Origin: Octopus sinensis
Taxonomy: Eukaryota
Assembly (NCBI RefSeq): GCF_006345805.1
Contig: NC_043002.1
Coordinates: forward strand, 558,001 to 622,000
Length of the DNA stretch: 64,000 nt
Direction: 5' to 3'
Position numbers and translations under genes: made by a program. Under the pieces are notes generated by a model that was given only the letters and a program-made list of their open reading frames with translations, made no database searches and had not been told where the DNA came from. Shown here piece after piece: positions 63,521 to 64,000 of the stretch (position 1 is the stretch's first letter; each line of letters starts with the position of its first letter).

Positions 63521-64000
63521 ATTTTCTGTACCCTTGGTGCCTTTCAAACATATCACCCCAACTCCCACTCCTCACACACATTCATTCCTTACATTCTTAT
63601 CTCTTCCTACCCCTCCCCTACTCCTCTCCCATCCCCCTCGTAATACCTTCACCACCAACTAACAATCCTTTTTTCATTTTCTCTTCCTCCTCACATATTC
63701 CTTTTGACCATTCTCCTCATTTTAACTTACACATCTTTTCTCTCTTCTCTATCTACTTAATCCTATTTACAGTACAAGAGTAGGAAGGACCTACAGTATG
63801 TATATATTTTGAACTGGTTACCAAGTAAGATTCACTCTAATTAAATTGAGTCTATCATATCAGTTAAATTCCAGATCCAGACAATAGTGAACTTTACTCA
63901 GTCAACTGTTTGACGTGAACTGTGTTCACCACGCGTGCAAGCATGCGTAAATTGCATGAAAAATAAAAAATCAAGATATAAAAACAAATCGCCGTAAACA

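Overview
AT-rich eukaryotic genomic DNA dense in transposons. The RTE 3' tails ending in (GAT)n, tRNA-derived SINEs and Penelope relics suggest an octopod cephalopod (inference, not tested by search). Most ORFs in the supplied track are transposon relics or microsatellite noise. Reading splice sites by eye gives one long, phase-consistent minus-strand gene. It has a signal-peptide exon (60806-60713), calcium-binding EGF exons in a ~1.87-kb tandem array (7 intact, 5 broken, 43.9-32.8 kb) and exons for about four divergent beta-sandwich-like repeats (24.7-9.0 kb). These are followed by the Tectonic Cys-rich motif ([20 protein letters not shown]...[12 protein letters not shown]2-like), and the gene probably continues beyond the left edge. 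A canonical RFX X-box lies in intron 1. A 100-N gap (29698-29797) separates the EGF half from the Tectonic half, so their linkage needs confirmation. The introns hold RTE, CR1/L2, Penelope-like, Helitron, SINE and MITE copies. They also hold hammerhead ribozyme motifs, including a head-to-head pair forming a 136-bp palindrome.
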